NCBI GenBank assembly: GCA_964016885.1
Contig: OZ024740.1
Span: 298,840,001 to 298,904,000 of the forward strand
DNA length: 64,000 bases
Source of the DNA: Eledone cirrhosa
Lineage: Eukaryota
Reading direction: 5' to 3'
Position 1 is the stretch's first letter. Each line of letters starts with the position of its first letter. Shown here piece after piece: positions 11,032 through 23,334 of the stretch. The notes under the pieces were generated by a model, which had not been told where the DNA came from, ran no database searches, and was given only the letters and a program-made list of their open reading frames with translations. Position numbers and translations under genes: made by a program.

Positions 11032-13893
11032 CAAAAAACGTGACAATCACCTGATCACCTATAGATCCGGGGAACACACAAGCCAGGTAGATTATATCCT
11101 TACCAGAAGACGTGACAGAGTGTCTGTTGTTAACACTAAATCCCTCCCCCATGAAGAATGCACCTCCCAACATAGACTGATAATTAGCGACCTCATAGTC
11201 AGGACGAGACGTACTCGACAACAGAAGAGGACTATCCTCAGGAGGAAAATATGGAAGCTAAAGGACCCCACAGCCAGGAATAAATTTCAAAGCATATTAC
11301 TTGATGCTTTCGACAGTAAGGAAGAACATTTAGAGTCGGACAATATAGAGGGAGAGTGGGAATTTCTGAAAGCAAACCTGCTGTTGGCGACAGACGAGGT
11401 CTGTGGCTGGAGCAGGCCTGTAGGCAGGAGGAGAGTAACATGGTGGTGGAACAGTAAGGTGGAGGGGTCAATTAAGGCCAAAAAGCAGGCTTGGAAAGTA
11501 TGGCGGGATGGGGGAAGTAGAGAGGACTATCAAGTGGCCAGGAGGGAAGCTAGGAGACAAGTGTACTTAGCAAGAAGGGAAGCTGAGGAAAGAAAGTTCA
11601 AGCATGTTCTACAACGCGATGACCAAAAACGTGAGGTGTTCAGGATTGCTAGGCAATGCGTCAAGGAAAACCGTGATATTGTCGGGGAGAAGTGTGTACT
11701 AAACGACGATGGCACACTTGCCATCACCGACGCTGATAAGAAGGTAGCTTGGAAGTGTCACTATGAAAGGCTTCTAAATGAGGAGAATAATTGGGAGAAA
11801 GGCAGTCTCCCCCATATCGACCCAATAGAGGGACCAGCAGTGTTAGTCGAGGGGAGTATAATAAGTAAGGCAATCAAGGATATGAAGACTGGTAAGGCGG
11901 CTGGGCCTTCGGAAATAGTTGCTGAGATGCTGAAGGCATCTGGCACGGTGGGACACACCATGGTCACCCGCATAGTTAACCAAGTCGTACAAAACGGGGT
12001 TGTTCCGAAGGACTGGCATAGCAGCATCATCGTTAACTGTTATAAGGGTAAAGGAGACGCCCTAGATAGGAGTAACTATAGAGGCATTAAATTAATCGAC
12101 CAGGTCATGAAGGTCACGGAAAGAGTAATAGCGCAACTAATCAGAGAGAGAATTGACCTAGATGAAATGCAGTTCGGGTTTGTGTCAGGCAAAAGTACCA
12201 CAGACGCTCTTTTCATAGTACGACAACTACAAGAGAAGTACCTAGCTAAAGGTAAACCCCTCTACTTAGCTTTTGTCGACTTGGAGAAAGCCTTCGACAG
12301 AGTCCCCCGCTCCATTATCTGGTGGGCTCTTAGAAAACTAGGCGTTGACGAATGGCTTGTGAGGGCTATACAAGCCATGTATAAAGAAACAGTCAGCAAG
12401 GTTAGAATTAACAACGAATATAGTGAAGAGTTTAGCGTAAAAGTCGGCGTCCATCAGGGCTCTGTTCTCAGTCCACTACTATTTATTATTGCCCTTCAGG
12501 CCATAACAGAGGAGTTCAAGACAGGCTGCCCATGGGAACTCCTATACGCAGACGACCTGACACTCATAGCGGAATCAATGGCCGAGCTAGAGAAGAAATT
12601 CCAAACATGGAAGCACGGCCTAGAGTCAAAAGGACTTAAAATTAACCTGGCTAAGACCAAAGTACTAGTTTGTAGGAAAGAAAACAAGGCGGCGGTCCCT
12701 TCTGGGAAATGGTCGTGCTCGGTGTGTAGGAAAGGCGTAGGTAGAAACTCCATTTTATGTCCTAAATGCAAAGTATGGGTGCATAAAAGATGTAGTGGGA
12801 TCACAGGTAGGCTAACTAAGAACATAGATTTTACATGTGGCCGGTGCTCTGGTGCAATAAGTAGCAGCAAGTGCCCACAAACTACTAGCTCTTTCAATTC
12901 CGCAGAGGGTTCTATAGAAATAGTGGACAGCTTCCGTTACCTGGGCGATAAAATCAGCAGTGGGGGAGGGTGCTCTGAAAGTACTGTAGCTAGAGTCAGA
13001 ACTGGTTGGAAAAAGTTCAGAGAGCTTATACCACTATTAGCTGCTAAAGGGTTCTCACTAAAAATGAAAGGCAGGTTGTACGATGCCTGCATACGAACAG
13101 CAATGCTGCATGGCAGTGAGACCTGGGCATTGTGTGCAGAGGATATACGCAGACTAGAGAGGAACGAAGCTTGCATGCTCCGCTGGATGTGTAACAGTAA
13201 TATACGTGAACGGCAAAGCATAAACGAACTAAGGAATAAATTAGAGATAAGAGGGATCAGATGTTGTTTACTCGAGAGAAGGCTACGTTGGTATGGACAC
13301 GTGATGCGCATGAAAGTCGATAGCTGTATAACAAAGTGCAGGGCAATAAAGATAGACGGTAGTCACGGAATAGGCAGACCTAGAAAAACCTGGGACGAGC
13401 TGATAAACTCCGACATCACACACTTACACCTCTCCAAGACAATGTCACTGGACCGAGACCTTTGGCGGTACTCAGTAACAGAGAAGACCCGCCTTACCTA
13501 AATATATAGTAAAACCTACTCCAGCCAGTAGGCATCTCTAACAAATACACCCCGTCCCACCACCCCCACCCGATCCACACCACCCCGTTCTATGTAAAGT
13601 TATGTTGGTGCCGCGCCATCGAGGCCGAAACAAATGAGATCGTGTAGGTGTCACGACAAAAAAACACACAGTCCACGCTGTAATGTGGCCGTGTAGGCAA
13701 CACGGTAAAAACCTCCCAGACCCACACTGTAAATGTGGTTGGTGTTAGGAAGGGCATCCAACTGTAGAAAACCTGCCAGACAGTCCTATGCGAGCAAGAC
13801 AATCACTCTTGCCTCAAGTGGGACTACCCCCGTCCAAACCCATGCAAGCGTGGAACACGGACGTTAAACGTTGATGATGATGATGATGATGAT
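11032..13893 (+). mobile_element. RTE-clade LINE, subfamily A, 5'-truncated, with an uninterrupted ORF and (GAT)n tail
   Basis: APE endonuclease C-terminus (ITYRSG...QVDYIL...SQHRL), RT motifs (AFVDLEKAFDRVP, GVHQGSVLSPLLF, YADD at 12545), LRWYGHVMRM, then a 3' UTR ending ggacgttaaacgttgatgatgat. Confidence 0.95.
11033..13501 (+). CDS. RTE polyprotein (partial endonuclease, reverse transcriptase, PHD-type finger); true start missing
   Basis: In ORF 10943-13501 the first ~30 aa are microsatellite read-through; homology starts at KKRDNHLITYRSG. Confidence 0.85.
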   Translation, partial: KKRDNHLITYRSGEHTSQVDYILTRRRDRVSVVNTKSLPHEECTSQHRLIISDLIVRTRRTRQQKRTILRRKIWKLKDPTARNKFQSILLDAFDSKEEHLESDNIEGEWEFLKANLLLATDEVCGWSRPVGRRRVTWWWNSKVEGSIKAKKQAWKVWRDGGSREDYQVARREARRQVYLARREAEERKFKHVLQRDDQKREVFRIARQCVKENRDIVGEKCVLNDDGTLAITDADKKVAWKCHYERLLNEENNWEKGSLPHIDPIEGPAVLVEGSIISKAIKDMKTGKAAGPSEIVAEMLKASGTVGHTMVTRIVNQVVQNGVVPKDWHSSIIVNCYKGKGDALDRSNYRGIKLIDQVMKVTERVIAQLIRERIDLDEMQFGFVSGKSTTDALFIVRQLQEKYLAKGKPLYLAFVDLEKAFDRVPRSIIWWALRKLGVDEWLVRAIQAMYKETVSKVRINNEYSEEFSVKVGVHQGSVLSPLLFIIALQAITEEFKTGCPWELLYADDLTLIAESMAELEKKFQTWKHGLESKGLKINLAKTKVLVCRKENKAAVPSGKWSCSVCRKGVGRNSILCPKCKVWVHKRCSGITGRLTKNIDFTCGRCSGAISSSKCPQTTSSFNSAEGSIEIVDSFRYLGDKISSGGGCSESTVARVRTGWKKFRELIPLLAAKGFSLKMKGRLYDACIRTAMLHGSETWALCAEDIRRLERNEACMLRWMCNSNIRERQSINELRNKLEIRGIRCCLLERRLRWYGHVMRMKVDSCITKCRAIKIDGSHGIGRPRKTWDELINSDITHLHLSKTMSLDRDLWRYSVTEKTRLT

Positions 13894-13899
13894 ACATAT

Positions 13900-14921
13900 A
13901 TCATCATCATCATCATCATCACCGTTTTACGTCCGTTCTTCCACGCTAGCATGGGTTAGACGGGTTGTCCTGCTGTGGGCAGTGTCTGGTTGGCTGACCA
14001 TGCCTTGCTCATACAGGAACTGATTTGGCTTGATTTCTACAGCTGGATGCCCTTCCTAACACCAACCTCATTTACAGTGAGTGCTGGGTGCTTTTCCGTG
14101 GCGCCTACACGTCCACTTTACAGTGTGGGCTGGGTGCTTTTTTGCCGTGGCACCTCCACGACCACCTTGCAGTGGGGTGTGTGGGGGCATATTGTCTATA
14201 TGCTTCAGCTTGTACCCATGGGAGGTCGGGTACTCTGTATTACTGTGTGACGCCAGAGGTCATGGTCGTGTGTCATCGCCTTTGAGAGGTGTAATTGGGT
14301 AAGGTCGGCTTTTATCACCTCATCCCAGGTCATCTTGGGTCTCCCCACTCCGCGGTTTCCATCGACTTCTAGTGCTCTGCACCTTTTTATGCAGCTGTCA
14401 TCCTTCATACGCATCACATGTCCATACCAACGCAACCGCCTCTCCTGCACACAGCATTTGATTCCTCTTATGCTCAGTCTCTCTCTCAATTCATTTATGC
14501 TTTGTCGTTCGCGTATATTACTATTACACATCCATCGGAGCATGCAGGCTTCGTTTCTCTCTAATCTACGTAAGTCTTCCACCTTCAGCGCCCAGGTCTC
14601 ACTACCATGCAACATCGCTGTTCGGATACACGCATCATACAGTCTACCTTTCATTTTGAGGGAGAAGCCTTTTGCAGCTAGCAGTGGTAGTAGTTCCCTA
14701 AACTTCTTCCATCCCGTTCTTACCCTAGTTATTGTACTTTCTGAACACCCATCTCCGCTGCTAATTCGGTCACCTAGGTAGCAGAAGCTGTCTACTGTTT
14801 TTACAGATCCCTTCCAGAGATTGGTGGCACTTGTTTCCTGTGGCTGTTTGCTGCTTACTGTCCCAGTACAGCTGCTGCATGTGAAGCCTACATTCTTAAT
14901 TAAGCTTCCTGAGATCCCGCT
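13900..14921 (-). mobile_element. RTE-clade LINE, subfamily B, 5'-truncated
   Basis: ORF 14205-15260(-) from SGISGSLIKNVGFTCSSC to RLRWYGHVMRM; 3' UTR and (GAT)n tail; very similar to 34350-35330. Confidence 0.93.
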
Positions 14922-14924
14922 TCC

Positions 14925-14928
14925 TGAG

Positions 14929-14973
<45 letters not shown>

Positions 14974-15008
14974 TATTTATACATACACATATATACACAC
15001 ACAGACAC

Positions 15009-15045
<37 letters not shown>

Positions 15046-15134
15046 TATATAAACACACACCCACACATATATATATCCACACACACATACATATATACAC
15101 ACACACACACATATATATATATACACACACATAC

Positions 15135-15171
<37 letters not shown>

Positions 15172-15350
15172 TACATATATGTATATATACACACACACAT
15201 AAATATATATACACACACACATATACACACACACATACATATACCCACACACATACACACATATATGTATATATATATATATATATATCATCATCATCAT
15301 CCTCGTTTAACGTCCACTTTCCACGCTATCATGGATATATATATATATTA
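14925..15350. repeat. (TA)n/(CA)n field containing a ~48-nt RTE tail at 15287-15334
   Basis: Read directly from the sequence. Confidence 0.85.
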
Positions 15351-15934
15351 ATTCAAAATATTAACAAAATAGATATTCTTGTGATCAAGTATATTTTATT
15401 ATACATATTTCAGAGGTACTGAGTTAAGTTCAACAGTACGTCCTCATCAAATAAAATAAGATAATGCATGACATACCCTGACATAGTAGATGGGTAAGAT
15501 TCTGGAAAACCTTTACTGTTGAGTGCTTCCAATCTATTGTAAAACTCATTCTTTGATGTATTCATTGAACCTTGTTTAACTTTTAAATATATATATATAT
15601 ATATATATGCACATTTTCCTTCTGATCTTTTCCTTCCAGTCTTTTCCTTCCCTACATTTCCTTAAATCCTCTCATTGTTTTCTCGTTTTTCTTCATTTGT
15701 CACATTTCCGCTTTTTCTCTCATATTTTTTTGGCTTATTGTTTGTAAAATATATTTTTTTTAATAACTTTTCTGCTTTCTTATTTTACCTGTATATAATT
15801 TTTTTATATACTATCTCCTCCATTTTTATTCTTTCTCAATCTCTTTCTCTTTCCGCTGCCATTACTATATCTTACCTCTGTATTTATTTGTCTTTCTTCT
15901 AATCTCCCCTCTCTCTCTCTCCTTCCCCTCTCTC

Positions 15935-16530
15935 ACTATCTTTCCATACTCTCTAGCTCTCTTCATTTCTCTCTATACTCTCTTCCCCCACTCTCTTAAT
16001 CTCTTCATTTCTCTCTATACTCTATCTCTCCCTACTCTTTTGATCTTTTCCTTTCTCTCTATGTTATCTCTCCCTCTCCCCACTCTCTTGATCTCTTCAT
16101 TTCTTTCTATTCTGTCCCTCTCCTCACTCTCTTGATCTCTTCATTTCTTTCTATTCTCTCCCTCTCCCACTCTCTTGATCTCTTCATTTCTTTCTATTCT
16201 CTCCCCACTCTCTTGATCTCTTCATTTCTTTCTATTCTCTCCCTCTCCCACTCTCTTGATCTCTTCATTTCTTTCTATTCTCTCCCTCTCCCCACTCTCT
16301 TGATCTCTTCATTTCTTTCTATTCTCTCCCTCTCCCCACTCTCTTGATATCCTCATTTCTTCCTATACTCTCCCTCTCCCTACTCTCTTGATATCCTCAT
16401 TTCTTTCTATTCTCTCTCTCTCCCCACTCTCTTGATCTCTTCATTTCTTCCTATACTCTCTCTCTCCACATCTCTCTTGCCCCATTCTCTTTGTCTCTTC
16501 CTATACTCTCTCTCTCTTTCCAATCTCTTC
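15935..16530. repeat. Pyrimidine-rich minisatellite, unit about 40-46 nt
   Basis: Unit ctctccccactctcttgatctcttcatttctttctattct repeated more than 10 times. Confidence 0.9.
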
Positions 16531-17555
16531 ATCTCCCCCCCCCCCACTCACTTGTTCTCTTTATTTCTATGTTTATATGCCACCTTTCTCTGACTTTCTG
16601 CTTTTCTCTTCTACCCTACTCTCTCTTCCACCCCACTCTCTCTTTTCTTTTCTGTTTTCAACCTCACTGTTTTTCCTGTCTTTCTTTCCATTATTTCTCC
16701 CTCTATCTCTCTCTCTTCCTGTCCCCCTATCTCTCTTTTATTCCTTGCTTTCTCTCTCTTTCTCTAAAAACTGCCTTTTTCCTGTTCTATATTGGAGGTT
16801 TGGCAAGGTCATCAATAAGCTGTGTTTAATTCACCTCTATCACATCCTCTACTTTGGTCATCACTACCATCAACATCACCACCACTGCTGTTATCTAAAC
16901 CACCACCACATCACCACTGCTGCTATCTAGACCACCACTACCACCATAACCACCACACCACCACCACCACCACCACCACATCACCACTACTATCATCAAC
17001 ATCACCACCACTGCTGCTGCCTAAACCACTACCACCACTATCAGCACCACCATCACCAATCCTACCACCATAACCACCATATATTCCATTGATGACATTG
17101 ACTAGGATTAAACCTGCCATTCTTCACTAATGCAACAAATGTATTTCTCTGATCTGTTAATCCATACTGCCACTTGCTTCCTCTCACATCTTGTCAAGAA
17201 CTTCATCAATATCTGCAAAAATGTAAAGTATTTTGCAAATCTCTTCTTATAATCACTTACTTGTATGTATATGGCTCGTGTAACAAGTACATCTCTTTGT
17301 GTGTCCATGTGGATTTTATGTGAGAATATGCATCTCTTTATCCATCCGTCTGCCTGTCTGTCTATCAGTGTGTGTGTGAGTGTCTAAATGCACCTAGTAC
17401 ACTATGTAATGTAGTTGGCATAAGGAAGGGAATACATCTGTACCAAAAAAAGCATAGAATGTACAAGTGAGATGCAATGCTTGACTCAGCCAGGAGTGTA
17501 GTGATTCCAACTAAGAATATCACTACATCACTCTTTGAACATCCTCACTCAGTTT

Positions 17556-17892
17556 TGTTTGGTTAGTCATTCCCACTGCATCATTCTTTGTCTGTTGATT
17601 GGTCAATCATTCCCACTGCATCATTCTTTGTCCGTTGATTAATCAATCATTCCCACAGCATCATTCTTTGTCCATTGATTGGTCAATCATCCCCACTGCA
17701 TCATTCTTTGTCCATTGATTGGTCAATCATCCCCACTGCATCATTCTTTGTCCATTGAGTGATCAATCCCACTGCATCATTCTGTCCATTCTAGCTCATT
17801 TTTGATTGGTTAATCACTCTCACAGTACCATCTTTTATCCATCTCCACTCAGTGTTATTTGGTCAGTCTCACTACATCATTCTTTGTCCATC
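17556..17892. repeat. 40-nt minisatellite
   Basis: Unit gattggtcaatcat(t/c)cccactgcatcattctttgtccatt; about 5 clean copies plus decayed ones. Confidence 0.9.
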
Positions 17893-17916
17893 CTTTATTC
17901 CCTTTTCCTCCTCCTC

Positions 17917-18116
17917 NNNNNNNNNNNNNNNNNNNNNNNNNNNNNNNNNNNNNNNNNNNNNNNNNNNNNNNNNNNNNNNNNNNNNNNNNNNNNNNNNNNN
18001 NNNNNNNNNNNNNNNNNNNNNNNNNNNNNNNNNNNNNNNNNNNNNNNNNNNNNNNNNNNNNNNNNNNNNNNNNNNNNNNNNNNNNNNNNNNNNNNNNNNN
18101 NNNNNNNNNNNNNNNN
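17917..18116. other. Assembly gap (200 N)
   Basis: Run of N. Confidence 0.99.
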
Positions 18117-18230
18117 TAACTAATTCTGGTTTTAAAAAATCAATGGAGACATCTTAGAAAAATTACCGATTTTCCAATCCCACGCTTATTCCGTGCCACC
18201 CCACCCCTATTATTTGGGATCCAAGAGTAA
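18117..18230 (-). mobile_element. End of a TA-flanked MITE (same family as 47450-47851), cut by the gap
   Basis: Reverse complement tactcttggatcccaaataataggggtgggg...ggaataagcgtggg aligns with 47450-47570. Confidence 0.65.
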
Positions 18231-20169
18231 TTTCTTTGGAAATTATATTTTTCTTGTAGCATTTGGTTCTTGAGATTGTGCAAATTCCACATATTGCAGG
18301 TGTGATCTCAAGGACAAACATCTGCGAAAATTGAATATTTTTTGTTATATATTCATCACAATATTTTTTCATCTTATATATTAACTATGGAATGAAATCA
18401 AAGCATTTATTTATCTATAATATTATTATGTTATGGTATAATTACATTGGTAAAGTTTTAATATGTACGCAGCCTTACTTTCTTATAAAAGGAAAGTATA
18501 AGGCTGGATCTGGCACCACAACCCCAACAAATGAAGTGTAGTAGAGCTGTGGATTATAATAAATATATTACTACCATCATCATCATCATCTTTACATCCA
18601 TTTTCCATGCTTCTATATATATATAGAGTTGTTAAGACGTCGGGTAGAATGCTTTACAGTATTCGTCCCACCTCATTGCATGCTCAGAGTTCAAATCCCG
18701 CCAAAGTCAACTTTGCCTTTCAAGGTCGATAAAAAGGTACCAGTCCAGTACTGGGGTTGATTCTTCCTCTATAGAAAAAATCGGCTATGTTCAGACCAGG
18801 AGAGGGTTGGGCTCCACCAGGTTTAAAGGTGCCCTAGACACGCTGTTTGACAATGCCTCTACAACCCCACATTGAGTCATGGGATCTTTATCCTTACAAA
18901 TAAGTGATGTGTCTAGAGTAGATTATGTATTTGATCTTGTTATCAGTCAATTATCCTTTGATTGACATAAATGTTGTGTGTATAGTATATTATGTTAGCA
19001 ATTTTGTGTCATAGCTACAGAATTGCACACGTAAGCATTATCAGATAATACAAATATTATTGGTGTCTATTATAAAGTGTGAAATGGTATAAAATTCAGT
19101 CTCCTAAATTTGATGTCTTAAAGTATTTAGCCTTTCTATATCCTCCATTCAAATTCCACCTGGACCTTCATCTATTGCTTCTGTCTAGGAGATAAGTTGT
19201 TTACTGGTGTTCATTTATTTGGCTTTCTATATATCTGGACCTTTAATATCTCTGACTTTGTGCCTATGTAAGAAATCACTATCAATTAGATGTTGGTTGA
19301 CTGACAGAGTCTGGTTCTAAGTTTAGAGTTCAAATCTTGTCATGTTCAACTTTATCTCCCAACTTACTAAGTTTGATCAAATAAGTATCAGACATAGGCT
19401 CCTGTTTGTTCAGTTGATTCCATTTTAGCCCTCATCTATAAATATATTGCTTTGTGGAGATACAAGACATTTCTTCTGTATATTATTTTTTTTAATGTTT
19501 AACTATAAATTTATTACTATGTACCAGTAATAATTTTCTAACATGAGGTTTAAGTTCATAGTACATATCCTTATTTTCCTAAGTGAGAATAGCCTTTATG
19601 TTATCTAACTTTTTGTACCACTCAACATACTTTTCTTAACCAGTTCTTTCTCACCTAGCGTCTACGTCTTTGCATTAATCTCTCAAAATTACTGCAGCCA
19701 CCATCTTCAAACAATCTTTAATACGAATAACTGCATATTCATGAAATCTCTGCTTCATCCATATGTTCACTTCTCAATCAGAAACTAGCAATAATTCTAT
19801 AGAAATTATACAGTCTCATTCATATTTTCCCACATCACCTCATTGGCAAAGAACATTCATAACATTACTTACTGACTTACACTTCTTTTCATACTCTTGG
19901 TCATGTTTGCTTTGAAAGTATGGAGATTACAGAAAGGAGAAAACTGTTTAATATTGCTGGGTACAAGATTACCTCTCTAGTGTACGTACAATGATAAAAT
20001 GCATCCATAAAATCTATGCCATAAAACAATGATGATTGAGATGTGATCCTGTGTAGGAAGGTTGAGGCTCTAAATAACATCTGACTCAGACTGTTAGGAC
20101 CTGTCCAACCCATGTTATAATAGAAAGTAGTAGTTCAATGTTGATGATAACATAATTTTATTGTGCTAG

Positions 20170-21290
20170 TTGCAGGAGAAATACAAAGACAAGAAGAATT
20201 TGCATTTTAGGTTTGTTGTTCTGGAGAAATCTTTCATTAGATTCCTATATGAAGTAGTGACATAGGCATTGAGTAAGATGGGAGTAGAGACATGGTTGGT
20301 TAGAGTAGTAATGATAACTCATGAAAAAGGGCATACAGTCATAAAGACAGAAGATGGGGAAACAATAATGAGTTGAAACTCATGGCTAGCTGCATCAGAG
20401 GTCAGTATTAAGCCCACTAGTATTTGTAGTTGTGATTGAGGTATTGGCATAAAGTGTAATAGAGGATTTACCATGGGAGATTATGTATACAAATGACCCG
20501 GTTTGAAAAACAGAGGGTACGGATGGACTGAGAGAGAAGATGAAGGCATATATGGAGGCAAAAAGTATGAAGGTGAATATTGGAAAGATAAAGGTAATGG
20601 CATGTGGTGAGGTAAAAAGAACAGGGAGGTGGTCATGTGCAGTGTTCAGGAAGGGTGTTGGAATGAATTGCATGAAACATATGATATGCAGAAGGCTGGT
20701 CTATCATATATCATGCTATATTTAAGTATAAAATGCTGGTATATCATGCTATATTTAAGTATAAAATGTGTTTGAAGGGAAGCTACAGATGGAGAGAATA
20801 TTGAGCTGGGAATGATATGAAGCTGGAAACTTTAAATGTTTATTACTTAGGAGACATGTTGAATGGAGAAGATGGATCTAGAGTGAGATGTGCATGGAAG
20901 AATTGCCAGGAACTGGCAGTGGGAGTGTCACAGGAAGGGTGTGTCACTGAAACTGAATGGGAAGATATATGCTACTTGTGTTAAAAGTGCCATCATTTAT
21001 GTGAGTGAGACATGGAAAAGACTGGAAAGAACAGAAACGAGAATGGTCTGGTGGATGAGTGAAGTATCATTGAGAAGGCAAGCAATTGATTTTAGAGGAT
21101 GATGTGAATAGAACCAGTGATGATTGTTCTGAAGAGAAATAGAACAAAGGTTCGATCACGTGTTGAGAAAGGACGAAAGTGACTGGGTGAGAGGTGTGAT
21201 GAAAATATATGTGGAGGGAAGTTGAAGAAAGGGAAGACCAAGAATGACATGACCAAAGCTGAGAAAATGGCTTTAAGATGGTTGTTGTTG
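20170..21290 (+). mobile_element. Old, heavily decayed RTE LINE with PHD remnant
   Basis: Remnants LQEKYK, SVLSPLVF, LPWEIMY, MKVNIGKIKVM, GRWSCAVFRKGVGMN and LKLNGKIYATCVKSAIIYVSETW. Confidence 0.8.
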
Positions 21291-21327
21291 ATATATACAT
21301 CTATGGGTGTATGTATTTGTGTATGTG

Positions 21328-21361
<34 letters not shown>

Positions 21362-21672
21362 TTTACTTGATATAAATACATATATATATATATATATACA
21401 CACATACAGACACATATTTAGTAGTAATAGGTAGGTAAAAATATCCAAGGTATAGAGCCACTCAAGTCTGTAGGGTGAATTTGAATATAATTATTAAAGC
21501 CAGTTACTACAACAGCACCATACCAGGTAGGTGTGTATCGTTAGACCTGAGGACCAACTTGTTCAACCCGTGCTGATGAAAATAAACCGGATTTACTCTC
21601 ATCAACAGAGGTTGAAGAAATTGTCCCTCAAGTCTAATGAAATGTACATACCTGGTATGGCGCCTAAATAAT

Positions 21673-21727
<55 letters not shown>

Positions 21728-22242
21728 ATGTAATATAGTTAGTTTATAACAGGTGTACACATAGTTAGAAAGGTGACTATTTGTTTCAAGTGTCAAGTTG
21801 GTATTATCCGGTGTTAACATTTCATCAGTTTTAATACACATTCACACACACACATTCACCCACACAAATATATTTTTATTGGTGTATTTTTATTATTTTT
21901 TTTATGTTTGTTCAAATGATAAAAATTTCACCTCCACATAAAAATGCTATTCTGACATAACAGTTAAAACTTAATATTTGCCCTCAAGGAGAAATTATCA
22001 AAATAAAAACTCACTGAATTTATGCAATTCAATAAATTCCTTAGAATCTCACAGAAGTTGATTTTTAAAAGAAATTCACTTGAAATTTCTGTGACTTATT
22101 TAGATGTTAGCTGATTTCGCCTTTCAGAAGCCATACATAAATGCATGTATTTAACTATGCATGTAAATATATAATATATAACTTATAACTTATTTGTATA
22201 TGTTACATTGCTATCTCTCTGTCTTTCACCCTTCTCCCTCAT

Positions 22243-22286
<44 letters not shown>

Positions 22287-22287
22287 A

Positions 22288-22358
<71 letters not shown>

Positions 22359-23334
22359 TACACAAATCTACATATGTACCTATGCATGTAACCATGCATA
22401 TGCATGAATATGATATATATCTATGAATGTACATTGTGTGTGTATGCATGTATATATAACATGATGGTGAAGTTAGTAATGATGATGATGATAAAAACAT
22501 ATTTAGATCAAAGATTCAGTATAAAATTATAAAATGGATGATATTTTCATAATTGAATATTTTAAATGTATGGAGGAGAAAGCCACAAATGCCAGTTAAA
22601 TATTTAAAAGTAACAGATAATTGCATTTCCTATGCAAGCAAAATGTTATTCTGTTAATGTGAATATTTTATTGTGAATCTCCTGTTATGTTTGATAAGTA
22701 ATACCATATATTTAGGTAGATATGGTAAAATTTGAAATTTAAATATATTTTTTTCTTGTGCGCATATATGTTTCCAAGTTAGTGGTAGATTTCTGTAATT
22801 CTTTGGTAAACCTTTCTGATATGTGTTATTTTTGTTCTCTTGGTGAAAATCTCAATACTAGATTTTATGTTGAATTTTGCTGAAATGAAAATGTTAGTCT
22901 GTTGTCTATTTTTCTTTAAGCTTTGAATGTTTTTGTATATATTACTAAAACTCTGTGATTGCTTGCTTGCTTGCCTGTAATGTAATATAGCCAAACGTGC
23001 GCATAAAGGGAAAACCCTTTGAAAGCAAGTTAACCCTGAAATGGGAATACTAATCGAATAAAACAAGTTTTGCGTAAATCGGACCACAGGTTCTCGAGAT
23101 ATGGGGTTTTTCTGGGCACCTTCATTAACAGAGAGAGAGATAGTGGTTGTGAGAAAGTAGATTGAAAAAGCGACATAGAGGAGACAGAGAAGGAGAATGG
23201 AAGAGAGAGAGTTGGTGGTGGTGTTGTGTATATATATATATATGTGAGTTTGTGTGTATATATGTGCCCATGACTTGTGTAAACACATCCAATTCTTGCT
23301 AACAAGGAAAGCAGATATATAGCTTTTTTAATCA

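Noticed and set aside
17556-17892. CRISPR-like appearance of this and the other regular arrays (15.9, 58.4 and 58.9 kb)
   Set aside because: Units are contiguous tandem copies with no unique spacers, there are no cas genes, and the context is eukaryotic.
17806-18157. ORFs containing X runs
   Set aside because: Artefacts of the N gap.
22935-23140. Helitron/Helentron-like fragment (aaatcggaccacaggttctcgagatat)
   Set aside because: The resemblance is only stylistic; no termini or second copy in the window support a call.
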